Source of the DNA: a virus
Taxonomy: Duplodnaviria; Heunggongvirae; Uroviricota; Caudoviricetes
IMG/VR virus record: IMGVR_UViG_3300029705_000018
Strand: one strand, 5' to 3'
DNA length: 64,000 nt
Numbering within the stretch: the first letter of the stretch is position 1; the number at the start of each line of letters is the position of its first letter. The position numbers and the translations under genes were made by a program. The notes beneath the pieces are model-generated. The model saw only the letters and a list, made by a program, of their open reading frames with translations. It was not told the DNA's origin and ran no database searches. This document shows, piece after piece, positions 30,418-39,460 of this stretch.

Positions 30418-32207
30418 TACTTACCCCACAGTCTTTCGCGGATTTCAGCCAGACTCTGTCTATTGGTCAATTTACCATTATAGAACACAGTCTGAAGCAG
30501 ATTCTTTTCGCCCAGAGTATCTTCAAATGCGTGCTCGTCGGTATAGGACTCACCATCCAGAGCAACAACACAGCAACCCTTCTGGCTCTTTTTCCAAGCC
30601 AGAGCTTTAGGCTTCTTGAAGATATTGATACCATTACCAACGCAGTCTTCGGCATAAGTAGCCTTTACAGCAATGCCAAAAGTATCACGAGTATAAGGAC
30701 CAGCATTGGTACCGTTCCACTTACCAGCGAACTGGAGAGTACCTTCATCGTCAGCACAAACCAGAGCCATCATGAACATAGAACCAGCGCCCATAACGAC
30801 ATTATTGGCAGCGTAGCCCTGGGCGGCCAGACGCTTGTAAATTTCATTGGCATAGTCAGGCAGAATGCTGTCGCCGTAGATTGCCTTTAGATGGGGGTCC
30901 AGAACCTTATAGCCCTTTTCATTCACAGTATGACCGACAATCTGGTCCAATGCCCAAACGGTGCCGAGCAGTTCCAGAGAAGGCTGAATTTCTTCCCACT
31001 CAAAAGCATAGTCTTCAACGTAGTAATACTTACGATCAGTCCATGCGCCACGCTCATTAGTCCAGTCAGGATAGACATTCAGAGCGTAGAACTTGTCATT
31101 GAAATGGAAATACAGGACAGTTTCTTCCTCAACACCGCAGTCACGGCAGAAATCATACATCCAGTCCTTAGTGAATTCCTTGTCGGAAAACAGCTTTTCA
31201 GCTTCTTCGTCATCATAAGGAGTCAGCCAGTCAATGGGCTTACCAGCCAGGATTTCGACAGGATTACCGGAATCGCCACGCACCAGAAGAGTACCATCAT
31301 GAGCCATAATTTCTCTTTTGCACTGAGGAAGCAGGTTCATAACCAGATTTTCGTAGTCATAAGAGTCGGAAACCATGGAGAAACTGTGGTGTAGATAAAT
31401 TTCACTCAGCAGGCGCTTGATGTGAGTAATTTCATCACCATCAACGGCGAAGTTAGAACACATGACAGAGTGTTCGGTGGAGATAGCACCGAAGCCGACA
31501 GGCTCATTTTCGATGTTGCAATCATAATGCTTTTCCATCCACATGATTGCGGGAACAGTTGCAGTATTATGGTGGCTCAACAGCCATGCGCCAGAAGCCT
31601 TGATAGCAGATTCAGCGGAGTGCTGACCACGCATAGAGAAATCACCGATCATCTTCCAAGGACTTACAGAAGAGTCGCAGGTTTTTTCAACCCAAGTATT
31701 AACGACCTTGCGGTAACGATAACCGACTTCAGCCGCAATCTGCGTATGCCACATGGAGCAGGACAGCAGAGTTTCGATGGTATTTACCAGCCAGACGAAA
31801 TTGGGATGAGTATTGGAAATCTCAATCTGAGGTACACCAACTTTAGTGCGAGACCCCTCGGGGACAGCACGAATTTCCAGGGGTAGATAACCCAACTCCC
31901 ACAGGTCACGAATCTTACGATCCTCATAAGAACCGGGTCCCATGGTATAGGTCAAAACACGGTTATACTCATACAGAACTTCATCCAGATCACGGTCAAA
32001 GAACCAAGTTCTGAAACCATTGATCAGATATTCGTCAATGAAAGCCTGCAGACCAAAGAAAGTGATATGGTCTACATCATCCAGGCGACTTATTCTGGGA
32101 GTGTAATAGGAAACCATCTTGGTCAGACCCTTGGGATACTGCTCATGGTGAGTAGCTTTATAGAAGTCAATCAGCAGAAGAGGATTGTAATTATCCATAG
32201 TTATCAA
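30417..32207 (-). CDS. Nicotinamide phosphoribosyltransferase family enzyme (Nampt/NadV-like, or the NARP1 Namat-like enzyme) with an insertion of about 100 aa
   Basis: 596 aa. It shares LLIDFYKATHHEQYP, EIRAVPEG, VSDSYD, RGDSGNP and a C-terminal GKLTNRQSLAEIRERL with Nampt. Confidence 0.8.
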   Translation of the reverse strand: MITMDNYNPLLLIDFYKATHHEQYPKGLTKMVSYYTPRISRLDDVDHITFFGLQAFIDEYLINGFRTWFFDRDLDEVLYEYNRVLTYTMGPGSYEDRKIRDLWELGYLPLEIRAVPEGSRTKVGVPQIEISNTHPNFVWLVNTIETLLSCSMWHTQIAAEVGYRYRKVVNTWVEKTCDSSVSPWKMIGDFSMRGQHSAESAIKASGAWLLSHHNTATVPAIMWMEKHYDCNIENEPVGFGAISTEHSVMCSNFAVDGDEITHIKRLLSEIYLHHSFSMVSDSYDYENLVMNLLPQCKREIMAHDGTLLVRGDSGNPVEILAGKPIDWLTPYDDEEAEKLFSDKEFTKDWMYDFCRDCGVEEETVLYFHFNDKFYALNVYPDWTNERGAWTDRKYYYVEDYAFEWEEIQPSLELLGTVWALDQIVGHTVNEKGYKVLDPHLKAIYGDSILPDYANEIYKRLAAQGYAANNVVMGAGSMFMMALVCADDEGTLQFAGKWNGTNAGPYTRDTFGIAVKATYAEDCVGNGINIFKKPKALAWKKSQKGCCVVALDGESYTDEHAFEDTLGEKNLLQTVFYNGKLTNRQSLAEIRERLWGK

Positions 32208-32708
32208 ATTCCTTTCTCAAATCCGCAAACGGAAATTTCAATGTCATTGGGAAATACATCAGCCTGATGTGCTACATAATCGGTAACCGCTTCCATATAA
32301 TTTTCAACTGCGGTTTCAAATTCCTCTTTACCGCAGTCATCTTCGAGACCGACTAATTCAGGCTCTATTGTGAAGAGGTATGTGACGGACACATAAGCAA
32401 CTTTTTCCATTACTTATACCCTCTCTTCTTTCTTAGCTTACGCAGACCTTTGCTTTCCCACTTATTCGGGACGTGTTCTCTGGTCGCCAGCTCAGCCTTG
32501 AGCTGGGCACGGTAGCAGTTCAACTGATCCCAATCTTCGTTCCCCCAACAATGCTGACAACCCCAGGTGTAGGTGCTTCTCAGTTCAGCCAGTAGCTGAC
32601 GAGTATGCATTTTAGTCATTTCTTCGGGAGTGTGGATATTGATATCTTTGAAACCTGTATAACAGTAAAAACTCATTTTTTTTTCACTTCCTTACTTTTT
32701 GTATATAT

Positions 32709-32737
32709 ATTATATCATATTTTTTATAAAAAATCAA
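32709..32737 (-). promoter_or_regulatory. Sigma-70 promoter fused to terminator hairpin 32742..32766
   Basis: TTGATT-N17-TGATATAAT on the minus strand. The hairpin is agtccctctg aacg cagagggact. Confidence 0.65.
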
Positions 32738-32771
32738 AAAAGTCCCTCTGAACGCAGAGGGACTCTCAATA

Positions 32772-33056
32772 TTACTTGATAAATGTTTCGCAGAACGTCT
32801 CATATAAGGATTTTGCGAAAATCCAACAAACTTTGAATACGAACCAAATCATCCAGCCTATCCAGCCAATGACTACAATTCCGGCGATAACTACGCCGAC
32901 AGAAGCAGGAATGACAAGGAATAGAGCTTCGAGAAAAGAGGCTACAAGCCAGATTGCTGCTCCGACTAGGGCAAAGCCAAAAATGGTACAAACCATTGCC
33001 AGACAGGCAAGTAAAAATTTAATCATTGGGAATTTCAATCCTTTCAAAGACCTCAC
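32772..33056 (-). CDS. Small polytopic membrane protein
   Basis: 94 aa and strongly hydrophobic. Confidence 0.3.
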   Translation of the reverse strand: MRSLKGLKFPMIKFLLACLAMVCTIFGFALVGAAIWLVASFLEALFLVIPASVGVVIAGIVVIGWIGWMIWFVFKVCWIFAKSLYETFCETFIK

Positions 33057-33810
33057 AAATATCTTCGGTAAAACGCAATTTTACGGGGAAATAACCTTTG
33101 CGCTCGACCTCATCACGATTGATTATTACGATATTATCAGAGTGGAACCAATCAGGTAAGAAATTTGCGGGAGCGACTGCCAAAGAAGTGCCAACGATAA
33201 TCATAAGGTCAGCTGCAGATACATGAGCCATTGCCATTTGCCACTGAAGACCCGGTAAACTTTCGCCATATAGGGTGATATCGGGGCGGATAGTGAACTC
33301 GCCGCCGCATAGAGGGCACCTCGGCACACCATTTTTATCATCATAGTTGCCATCCATTACATCTTCTGGAATGAATGTCTCACATAAGCAGCCAGGGCAG
33401 TACCAGTCAGCCATGGTGCCATGAATTGTGTCAACTACTTTTGAACCGGCTTTTTCATGGAGTCCGTCAATATTCTGAGTAACCACAGACACAGTTCTTG
33501 CTTGCTGCAGCTCAGAGATTTTTTTATGAGCGATGTTCGGTTCAGCATTGCGAAAATCCATATTATTTCGTAAATACTGGAAGAACCGCTCAGGTTCCAT
33601 TTTGAGGCAGGTGTGGCTCAACATATATTCTGGCTCATCTTCTTCACTGGTATTGTATAAGCCATTATTGCTGCGGAAGTCCGGAATGCCGGAGCCGGTA
33701 GAGATACCAGCTCCGGTCAAAAATACGATACGCTTGGCTCCCGCAATCATTTCATTCAATTGTTTTATGCGTTCGTCAAAGCTTTCCATTTTAGTTATCT
33801 CCTGTTCCAT
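33019..33810 (-). CDS. Sir2-family NAD-dependent deacylase or ADP-ribosyltransferase
   Basis: 263 aa with GAGISTGSGIPDFR, a Zn module CPGC...CPLCGG and the motif VTQNIDGLH. Confidence 0.8.
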   Translation of the reverse strand: MEQEITKMESFDERIKQLNEMIAGAKRIVFLTGAGISTGSGIPDFRSNNGLYNTSEEDEPEYMLSHTCLKMEPERFFQYLRNNMDFRNAEPNIAHKKISELQQARTVSVVTQNIDGLHEKAGSKVVDTIHGTMADWYCPGCLCETFIPEDVMDGNYDDKNGVPRCPLCGGEFTIRPDITLYGESLPGLQWQMAMAHVSAADLMIIVGTSLAVAPANFLPDWFHSDNIVIINRDEVERKGYFPVKLRFTEDICEVFERIEIPND

Positions 33811-34339
33811 TCAGCTGGGCTTCCAGAACGACGTCGCCCTGAGCCATAGCCTTATCCACAGCCATCTTAGCAGACTTCATATCACAACCCTGCTTTTTCA
33901 AGAAAGGCATTACATTCTTTACGATAACGCCCTTATTGCCAGAAGTGATAGAAACAGCATTGCAGATACCCCAGTAATTGACCATCTTGACGATTTCATC
34001 AACATCGTCAATGACCTTGGGAGCATATTCCTCCACAATAGCCAACTTTTCGCGGTATTCAGCCTTGCGGGCCGCATACTTCTCACCGTCGGGGCAGGTA
34101 TCGATCATTTCTTTTACAGTCTTGACATACTTTGTCAATACTTCATCAACCAGTGTATCAGTGATTGCAACACGGGTTTTGTCGGCAGTAGCAGCCTTGT
34201 CAATGGAAGCTACCATATCGGCGATAGTTAGACGACGAAGTTTATTACCCTCTTTTAAAGCTGTCGTCATATCAGCTTTGAGGGTTTCATACTTATCCAT
34301 TGGAGTATGCTCCTTTCTTAGTGAAATATAGTAATCCAA
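33791..34339 (-). CDS. GatB/YqeY-domain protein
   Basis: 182-aa helical protein with a YqeY-like pattern. Confidence 0.4.
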   Translation of the reverse strand: MDYYISLRKEHTPMDKYETLKADMTTALKEGNKLRRLTIADMVASIDKAATADKTRVAITDTLVDEVLTKYVKTVKEMIDTCPDGEKYAARKAEYREKLAIVEEYAPKVIDDVDEIVKMVNYWGICNAVSITSGNKGVIVKNVMPFLKKQGCDMKSAKMAVDKAMAQGDVVLEAQLNGTGDN

Positions 34340-35148
34340 CCGCCCCAGCCAGCACCGTCATAGGGACCATCAATCAGCATCTGGGGGAAAATGGATTCAG
34401 TGGTATAGATATGCTTGATCAGACCGGACTCGGGCAGATCGCCAAGAGTAACAGTTTCTTCCAGGTGGGTCACATACAGACTTACGCTCTTGGCACCTGC
34501 TTCCAGCAAAGCCTTTGCGGAGTGGTAGAAAGTGCCACCTCTGGAGCAAATATCATCAACAATCAGAACATCTTTGTCTTTGATGTTCTCGGCATTGATA
34601 ATATCTAGACCTAAAATCTTGCCAGTAGCCCAGTCTCGCTTTTTCATACCAAAAGCATAAGGTAGAGGGGACTTATCAGAGTAGCGCTTCATTGCGCCCT
34701 CATCGGGGAAGAACAGAACTTCAGCCTTGGAAGCCAGAGTAGCCTTATGAATATAAGGCTCAACACCAGTATCCTCTACTCGATCAAGCAGAGCCAGGCT
34801 CACGTTGCTATGGGCGTCCCGCACCCAAACAATCTTGAAGTTCAGAGAGTTAATAATCTCGCAGAAATACTTCAGAGTAAAGACGTCAGAATCAGACTTT
34901 ACTCGATCCATGCGAGCGTGGGGAATGTAGGGCATATCCAGAACAACATCGGTGTTGCCAAAGTGGCGGTCGATATGACGCTTCACGCAGATTAGAGTGA
35001 AGAGTTCGCTATCGTCTTCATAAAGCCATTCCACCTTGATGGCGCCTCTGTTATCAAACATCTCTTCTGGATTGAGCTTGATAAGCAAAGAGTGATCGGG
35101 GAACATGGACTGACCGCTACGAATAGAAATATTACCTACTCTAATCAT
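34318..35148 (-). CDS. Ribose-phosphate pyrophosphokinase-like enzyme: either a PRPP synthetase or an ADPR-pyrophosphate synthetase of the Adps type
   Basis: 276 aa with the PRTase P-loop VLIVDDICSRGGTF. The Prs fold is present but the N-terminus is divergent. Confidence 0.7.
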   Translation of the reverse strand: MIRVGNISIRSGQSMFPDHSLLIKLNPEEMFDNRGAIKVEWLYEDDSELFTLICVKRHIDRHFGNTDVVLDMPYIPHARMDRVKSDSDVFTLKYFCEIINSLNFKIVWVRDAHSNVSLALLDRVEDTGVEPYIHKATLASKAEVLFFPDEGAMKRYSDKSPLPYAFGMKKRDWATGKILGLDIINAENIKDKDVLIVDDICSRGGTFYHSAKALLEAGAKSVSLYVTHLEETVTLGDLPESGLIKHIYTTESIFPQMLIDGPYDGAGWGGWITIFH

Positions 35149-35160
35149 TGGCTATCCTCC

Positions 35161-35769
35161 TTAGATAATGTTGATCTGGCACAGCTTCATTGCTTCCAGG
35201 GCGGTCTTGTGGGACTCAGGAGTCACGCAAGCGCAGCAGTCAGCAACGACATTGACAGGAACTTCGGGCAGAGTTGCCTTACACAGAATTGCATTGGACA
35301 GGACGCAGATGCCAGTGCATACGCCCATCAGAGTGATTTCCTCGATTTCAAAGCGGTCATTCATATCATACAGAATATTCTGCAGTTCAACAGAGCCAAA
35401 AGTAGGCTTCTTGACGCGGATGGGGTTCTCGTCATAAACGGGATATGCATCATAACCGGACATATAGCGATTTTCGCCCTGGGCATGATGAATCCAGGCT
35501 TCAAAGACTTCATCGACGATGCCATAGCCAGCGGTGCCTTCGATGCAATGAGGAACGGGCAGGTTCTTACCTTCCAGAGTATTCATATAGTCATCGGTAT
35601 GAGTATCCTTGGTGAAGATGATAGCGGTATTGGGATCAGCAAGTTGATGAATGGTTTCCGCAACCAGAGGAACGATAGCCTGGGCTTCGGGAGTACCCAG
35701 TGCGCCATCGATAAAGTCCCTCTGCATATCAACGACAATGACTACCTTAATCTTTTCCATATTTTTCAA
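35161..35769 (-). CDS. Isochorismatase-family cysteine hydrolase, a putative nicotinamidase (PncA-like)
   Basis: 202 aa. VVIVVDMQRDF, a later Lys and the motif GVCTGICV give a D-K-C triad arrangement. Confidence 0.65.
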   Translation of the reverse strand: MKNMEKIKVVIVVDMQRDFIDGALGTPEAQAIVPLVAETIHQLADPNTAIIFTKDTHTDDYMNTLEGKNLPVPHCIEGTAGYGIVDEVFEAWIHHAQGENRYMSGYDAYPVYDENPIRVKKPTFGSVELQNILYDMNDRFEIEEITLMGVCTGICVLSNAILCKATLPEVPVNVVADCCACVTPESHKTALEAMKLCQINII

Positions 35770-35794
35770 TTCCTTCCTTATTCTTTATACATAT

Positions 35795-35823
35795 ATTATA
35801 ACATATTTTTTTTGAAAAATCAA
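35795..35823 (-). promoter_or_regulatory. Sigma-70 promoter fused to terminator hairpin 35827..35849
   Basis: TTGATT-N17-TATAAT on the minus strand. The hairpin is aggctctct tgttc agagagcct. Confidence 0.6.
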
Positions 35824-35855
35824 AAAAGGCTCTCTTGTTCAGAGAGCCTTTTCTT

Positions 35856-36506
35856 TTAGTTCATGCGCCAGTAGTTAGTGTTGCGGTTTTCCTCAAATGT
35901 GTCGCGCAGTAAAATCTCCTTGGAAGACCAAGTCAGATATACGAAGTCTGCGGTCATGGGGCGAGGAACGCCATTATGCCAGCTCTTTAGTTCGGTCAAA
36001 GCGATGTCATACAGCTTAGCCAGCACGGGGTTATCATCGGAATAACCCATCCACTGCTTAGCCTGCTGACATACAGCCTGGATTTCTCCGGGATAAGCTC
36101 TGTTGTCAACACGGTTCAGAATACACCAGACGATTGCGCGCAGGTCAGAATCCTTGTGGTCAGGCTTGTACATACCATACATAACCCGTGCGATCCACTC
36201 GGCTTCCAGTTCAATCTGTTCTACATCGCCACCATATTCGTAATATTTCTCAATCGCAGCGATTTCAGATTCATATTCATCTCGCAGCTCAATTCGCAGA
36301 GCAATCATGCCCTCCTGGTGGAGTTCATTCAGTTCTTTGATTTGATTTTTATACTTGACTCGCTGGGAAATTGAAGTAATCATGATGGTGATTACGAGAA
36401 TCAAGACATAAACTGTGATTCTCTGAATCTGGGCGATTTGACGACGACGGCGCTTAGTAGAATTACTCTTCTTAGTGTACTTACCCATAGTATCCTCTCC
36501 ATTCAT
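35856..36506 (-). CDS. Membrane-anchored coiled-coil protein with a C-terminal SleB-like cell-wall hydrolase domain
   Basis: 216 aa. It has an N-terminal transmembrane segment YVLILVITIMITSI. The segment RAIVWCILNRVDNRAYPGEIQAVCQQAKQW resembles the Hydrolase_2 (SleB) core. Confidence 0.45.
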   Translation of the reverse strand: MNGEDTMGKYTKKSNSTKRRRRQIAQIQRITVYVLILVITIMITSISQRVKYKNQIKELNELHQEGMIALRIELRDEYESEIAAIEKYYEYGGDVEQIELEAEWIARVMYGMYKPDHKDSDLRAIVWCILNRVDNRAYPGEIQAVCQQAKQWMGYSDDNPVLAKLYDIALTELKSWHNGVPRPMTADFVYLTWSSKEILLRDTFEENRNTNYWRMN

Positions 36507-36759
36507 ATCTCTTATTCTTTACATATATATTATAACATATTTTTTGTAAAAAATCAAAAAGGACACTTTTTAGGTGTCCTTTGGGAATAATAAACGGGTT
36601 CCGCAACGGAAACAATAACGCTTCTCATCGTCCCATATGACAGAGCCACCGGGCAGACAGTCAGGTTCAAGCATTCCGCAATTAGAACATATTCGATTAC
36701 CTTCTGGAGTCCATTTCCACACTCCCACTTTAGCGGGAGGTGGAGGAGGAGGTGGAGCT

Positions 36760-37416
36760 TTAAGAATGTTCATTCTTATCTTCCCTCTTATAGATATACG
36801 CCCATCGGGTGTATTCATCATAACACTGAACTTTGATAGCCTCATTGAGAGTGCTAATATTCGTGCGGAGAATAAATAAAATGTCCGCCAAGTCAGCATA
36901 TCTCTCCTTTGCCCGTTTCAATACGGGGAGCAACAGAACCTCTGTTTCTGCGACATTTTTACCCATGGCATCTTTGGTAAAGGATATGGGCATATCGCCT
37001 AGGTTGTTGTATCTGTCAAGAGCCTTACAAATCAAAGCTTCCCGGCAGTCAAGGAGTTCATTGAAATAACGGCATTTTGTTTCAATTTTATCTAAGTCAG
37101 TATCGAACTTAGTGATAGTCATATACTGAACCGCACGCTTAACAGTATCGTTTACCGGCAGATACTCGGGCCGCACACCGCAATCTTCTACGGTATCATG
37201 AAGTAGGATGGTAGCAATGATATTATCATCGCGCAAGCCAAGAGCCACGGCATAGCAGGCCATTGACAGGGGATGAACAATATAAGGCGTTCCATCTTTG
37301 CGAGTCTGCCCACTGTGATGTTCACGGGCGAACTGCAAAGCGGTGATGGACTGCTTCATATTTGCGCCGATTAGATAACCTCTGAGATAGGTATACATTT
37401 TTTCAACGTTAGCCAT
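36760..37416 (-). CDS. HD-domain phosphohydrolase, RelA/SpoT-type, a putative (p)ppGpp hydrolase
   Basis: 218 aa. YIVHPLSMACYAVALGL...LLHDTVEDCG is the SpoT/Mesh1-type HD motif. Confidence 0.55.
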   Translation of the reverse strand: MANVEKMYTYLRGYLIGANMKQSITALQFAREHHSGQTRKDGTPYIVHPLSMACYAVALGLRDDNIIATILLHDTVEDCGVRPEYLPVNDTVKRAVQYMTITKFDTDLDKIETKCRYFNELLDCREALICKALDRYNNLGDMPISFTKDAMGKNVAETEVLLLPVLKRAKERYADLADILFILRTNISTLNEAIKVQCYDEYTRWAYIYKREDKNEHS

Positions 37417-37709
37417 TGTGCTACCTCCTTACTGAGCAACGATATGGGGTAAATCAATTAGAGCATTTTCGCCGTCTCCGACCTTTATCCACACAGCATC
37501 TAATTGGCGAATCCGAAATACATATATAGAGCCTTTTGGCACGATGAATTTCGGGTAGTTGTATAGATAGGTGGCATACTCCTCCATCAGGTCGAAAACC
37601 ATATACTCGGGGGATTGTAGTAGATTCATTTTTCTTCACTCTTCCTCTTGGTACTGTGCCTGTGGGGAGGGGATGGGCGGCCGCCCAGGCAGCGACCGCC
37701 AGTGCTGGA

Positions 37710-39173
37710 TTACTCGCCTGCTTCATCTAAGCCATCAGCCTCTTCCATATCAGGTGCTTCGGCAGTGTCTTTGATAATGCCTTCCAAAACCTTGAAATTG
37801 AAGTTCTTATGCTTATAAGCAGTAAAAGTAGGACGATTGATTACACGAACTACGACACCCTCACGGATATGAGTGGGGTCGATAGGCTCGGGACCATCGA
37901 AGAACTGTTCAGCCTTTTCCAGTACGAACTGGCCTGCGTCAGTCAGCTCGCAAGAAGTTCCGGTGAAAACTTCCTCGTCGGGGATAAAACCGGCCCAGTG
38001 GACAGGCACAGTCTTGACGCCCATGTACATACAACGGTAACGCATAAAGTCGGGAGTGTACTCCACAACCTGGCCATCTTCGTTGGTCATGGTCATACGG
38101 TATACGTAGATATCGCTCTGAGGCTTGGACACGCTGAATGCGGTATCGGGGTTAGAAGGATCGGCAACTCCAGCAACCGCAACTCCCTTTGGATCGCAGC
38201 CGTAAGAGAAGGTAGTGACCTTACCATACTGCTTTACGAAAGCCTTATCCTTCAACTTCTCATTGGAGCAGGTGCTCATGATAGGAGTACCATCATGAGT
38301 AAAGCCAACGATTTCGTAGTAGATAGTTTCACCCTTCCACAGCTTACCCTTGAAGAAGTCATGGTACTGCTTACGGAACTCATTAGAGCCGTAGAAACCA
38401 CCATCGAAGCTATCCAGGATAGTACGACGAGTGCCGGTTACGATGTCGTAATCAAACACAGGAGTGCAGTGCTTTTCCGCAAACTTCTGAGCCTTTGCCG
38501 CAGGCAGAATCTTACCCAAGAACTTGTGGAAAATGTTATTGGTAGTATAAGAATGTCCATCAAAAGACTGGACAAATGCAGTACGGCCAGAAGTGCCATG
38601 TAGCTTACGGGTGATTTCGATGTAGTCACCGGGCTTGAATTCGCTCAGATGGTAAACCAACTGCTCAGTATCCTTGTGTTCGAAGAAAGTAGGTGCCATA
38701 TTCTTACGCTTTAGCTTCTGGCCAGCGTGACGCTTCACACCATTACCCTTATTCTTGCCACGAGGGATATATTTCTGACAGATTTCATGACCGTTTAGCA
38801 CGGTGATAGGAGTGCCAGGAGTCAGTTCATCCAGCTTAGCGCCGGTGTAAGCCAGACACTCGATAGGCAGGAACAGACCATCGGACTGCTCACCGCGAAG
38901 CTTGATTGCGCGCACATTGCGCTTGGCGGGGTCTAGGTATCCGCCGGAGATATTCTTGCCGAACTCATCATAGACTGCCAGCAAGCCGTTCTTTTCACAG
39001 AACTCCATAGACAACTGACCGTCTACGGGGAAGTAAACACCCAGCTGTCCTTCAAAATACTTATCCTTTGCAACACAGACGGTGTTCTCAAAGCAGGTTG
39101 CTAGAACCAGATTATCTGCGTTGCCGTGCTCACGCACATTCATTAGATTGGTGATGTATCCACAGTAAGACAT
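37710..39173 (-). CDS. ATP-dependent RNA ligase (Rnl2-like nucleotidyltransferase)
   Basis: 487 aa with motif I ITRKLHGTSGR (KxHGT, as in T4 Rnl2) and downstream NTase motifs. Confidence 0.5.
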   Translation of the reverse strand: MSYCGYITNLMNVREHGNADNLVLATCFENTVCVAKDKYFEGQLGVYFPVDGQLSMEFCEKNGLLAVYDEFGKNISGGYLDPAKRNVRAIKLRGEQSDGLFLPIECLAYTGAKLDELTPGTPITVLNGHEICQKYIPRGKNKGNGVKRHAGQKLKRKNMAPTFFEHKDTEQLVYHLSEFKPGDYIEITRKLHGTSGRTAFVQSFDGHSYTTNNIFHKFLGKILPAAKAQKFAEKHCTPVFDYDIVTGTRRTILDSFDGGFYGSNEFRKQYHDFFKGKLWKGETIYYEIVGFTHDGTPIMSTCSNEKLKDKAFVKQYGKVTTFSYGCDPKGVAVAGVADPSNPDTAFSVSKPQSDIYVYRMTMTNEDGQVVEYTPDFMRYRCMYMGVKTVPVHWAGFIPDEEVFTGTSCELTDAGQFVLEKAEQFFDGPEPIDPTHIREGVVVRVINRPTFTAYKHKNFNFKVLEGIIKDTAEAPDMEEADGLDEAGE

Positions 39174-39460
39174 ACATTACTCTCCTTTCTTCTGTTCTCT
39201 GTATGTTTTTTCACGGAGGCAAATGATAGGCTGTTTGCCCTCTCTGCCCCAATGCTCTTCAATGCGGGAATAACCCTTACAGTAATACGGGGACATATCG
39301 GAAATGATCCCGCACTCGTCGGGTTCAAGATGGGGTCCCGCAAGTTCCACAACCTCAATAGCGAGGTCTCGTTCTTTGTCGATATCATAGACGAACACCG
39401 GCACATGAGGCGGATGCTCCTGAAGCTTGGCGATTAGCTCGCCCACAGTTATGGTTTTCA

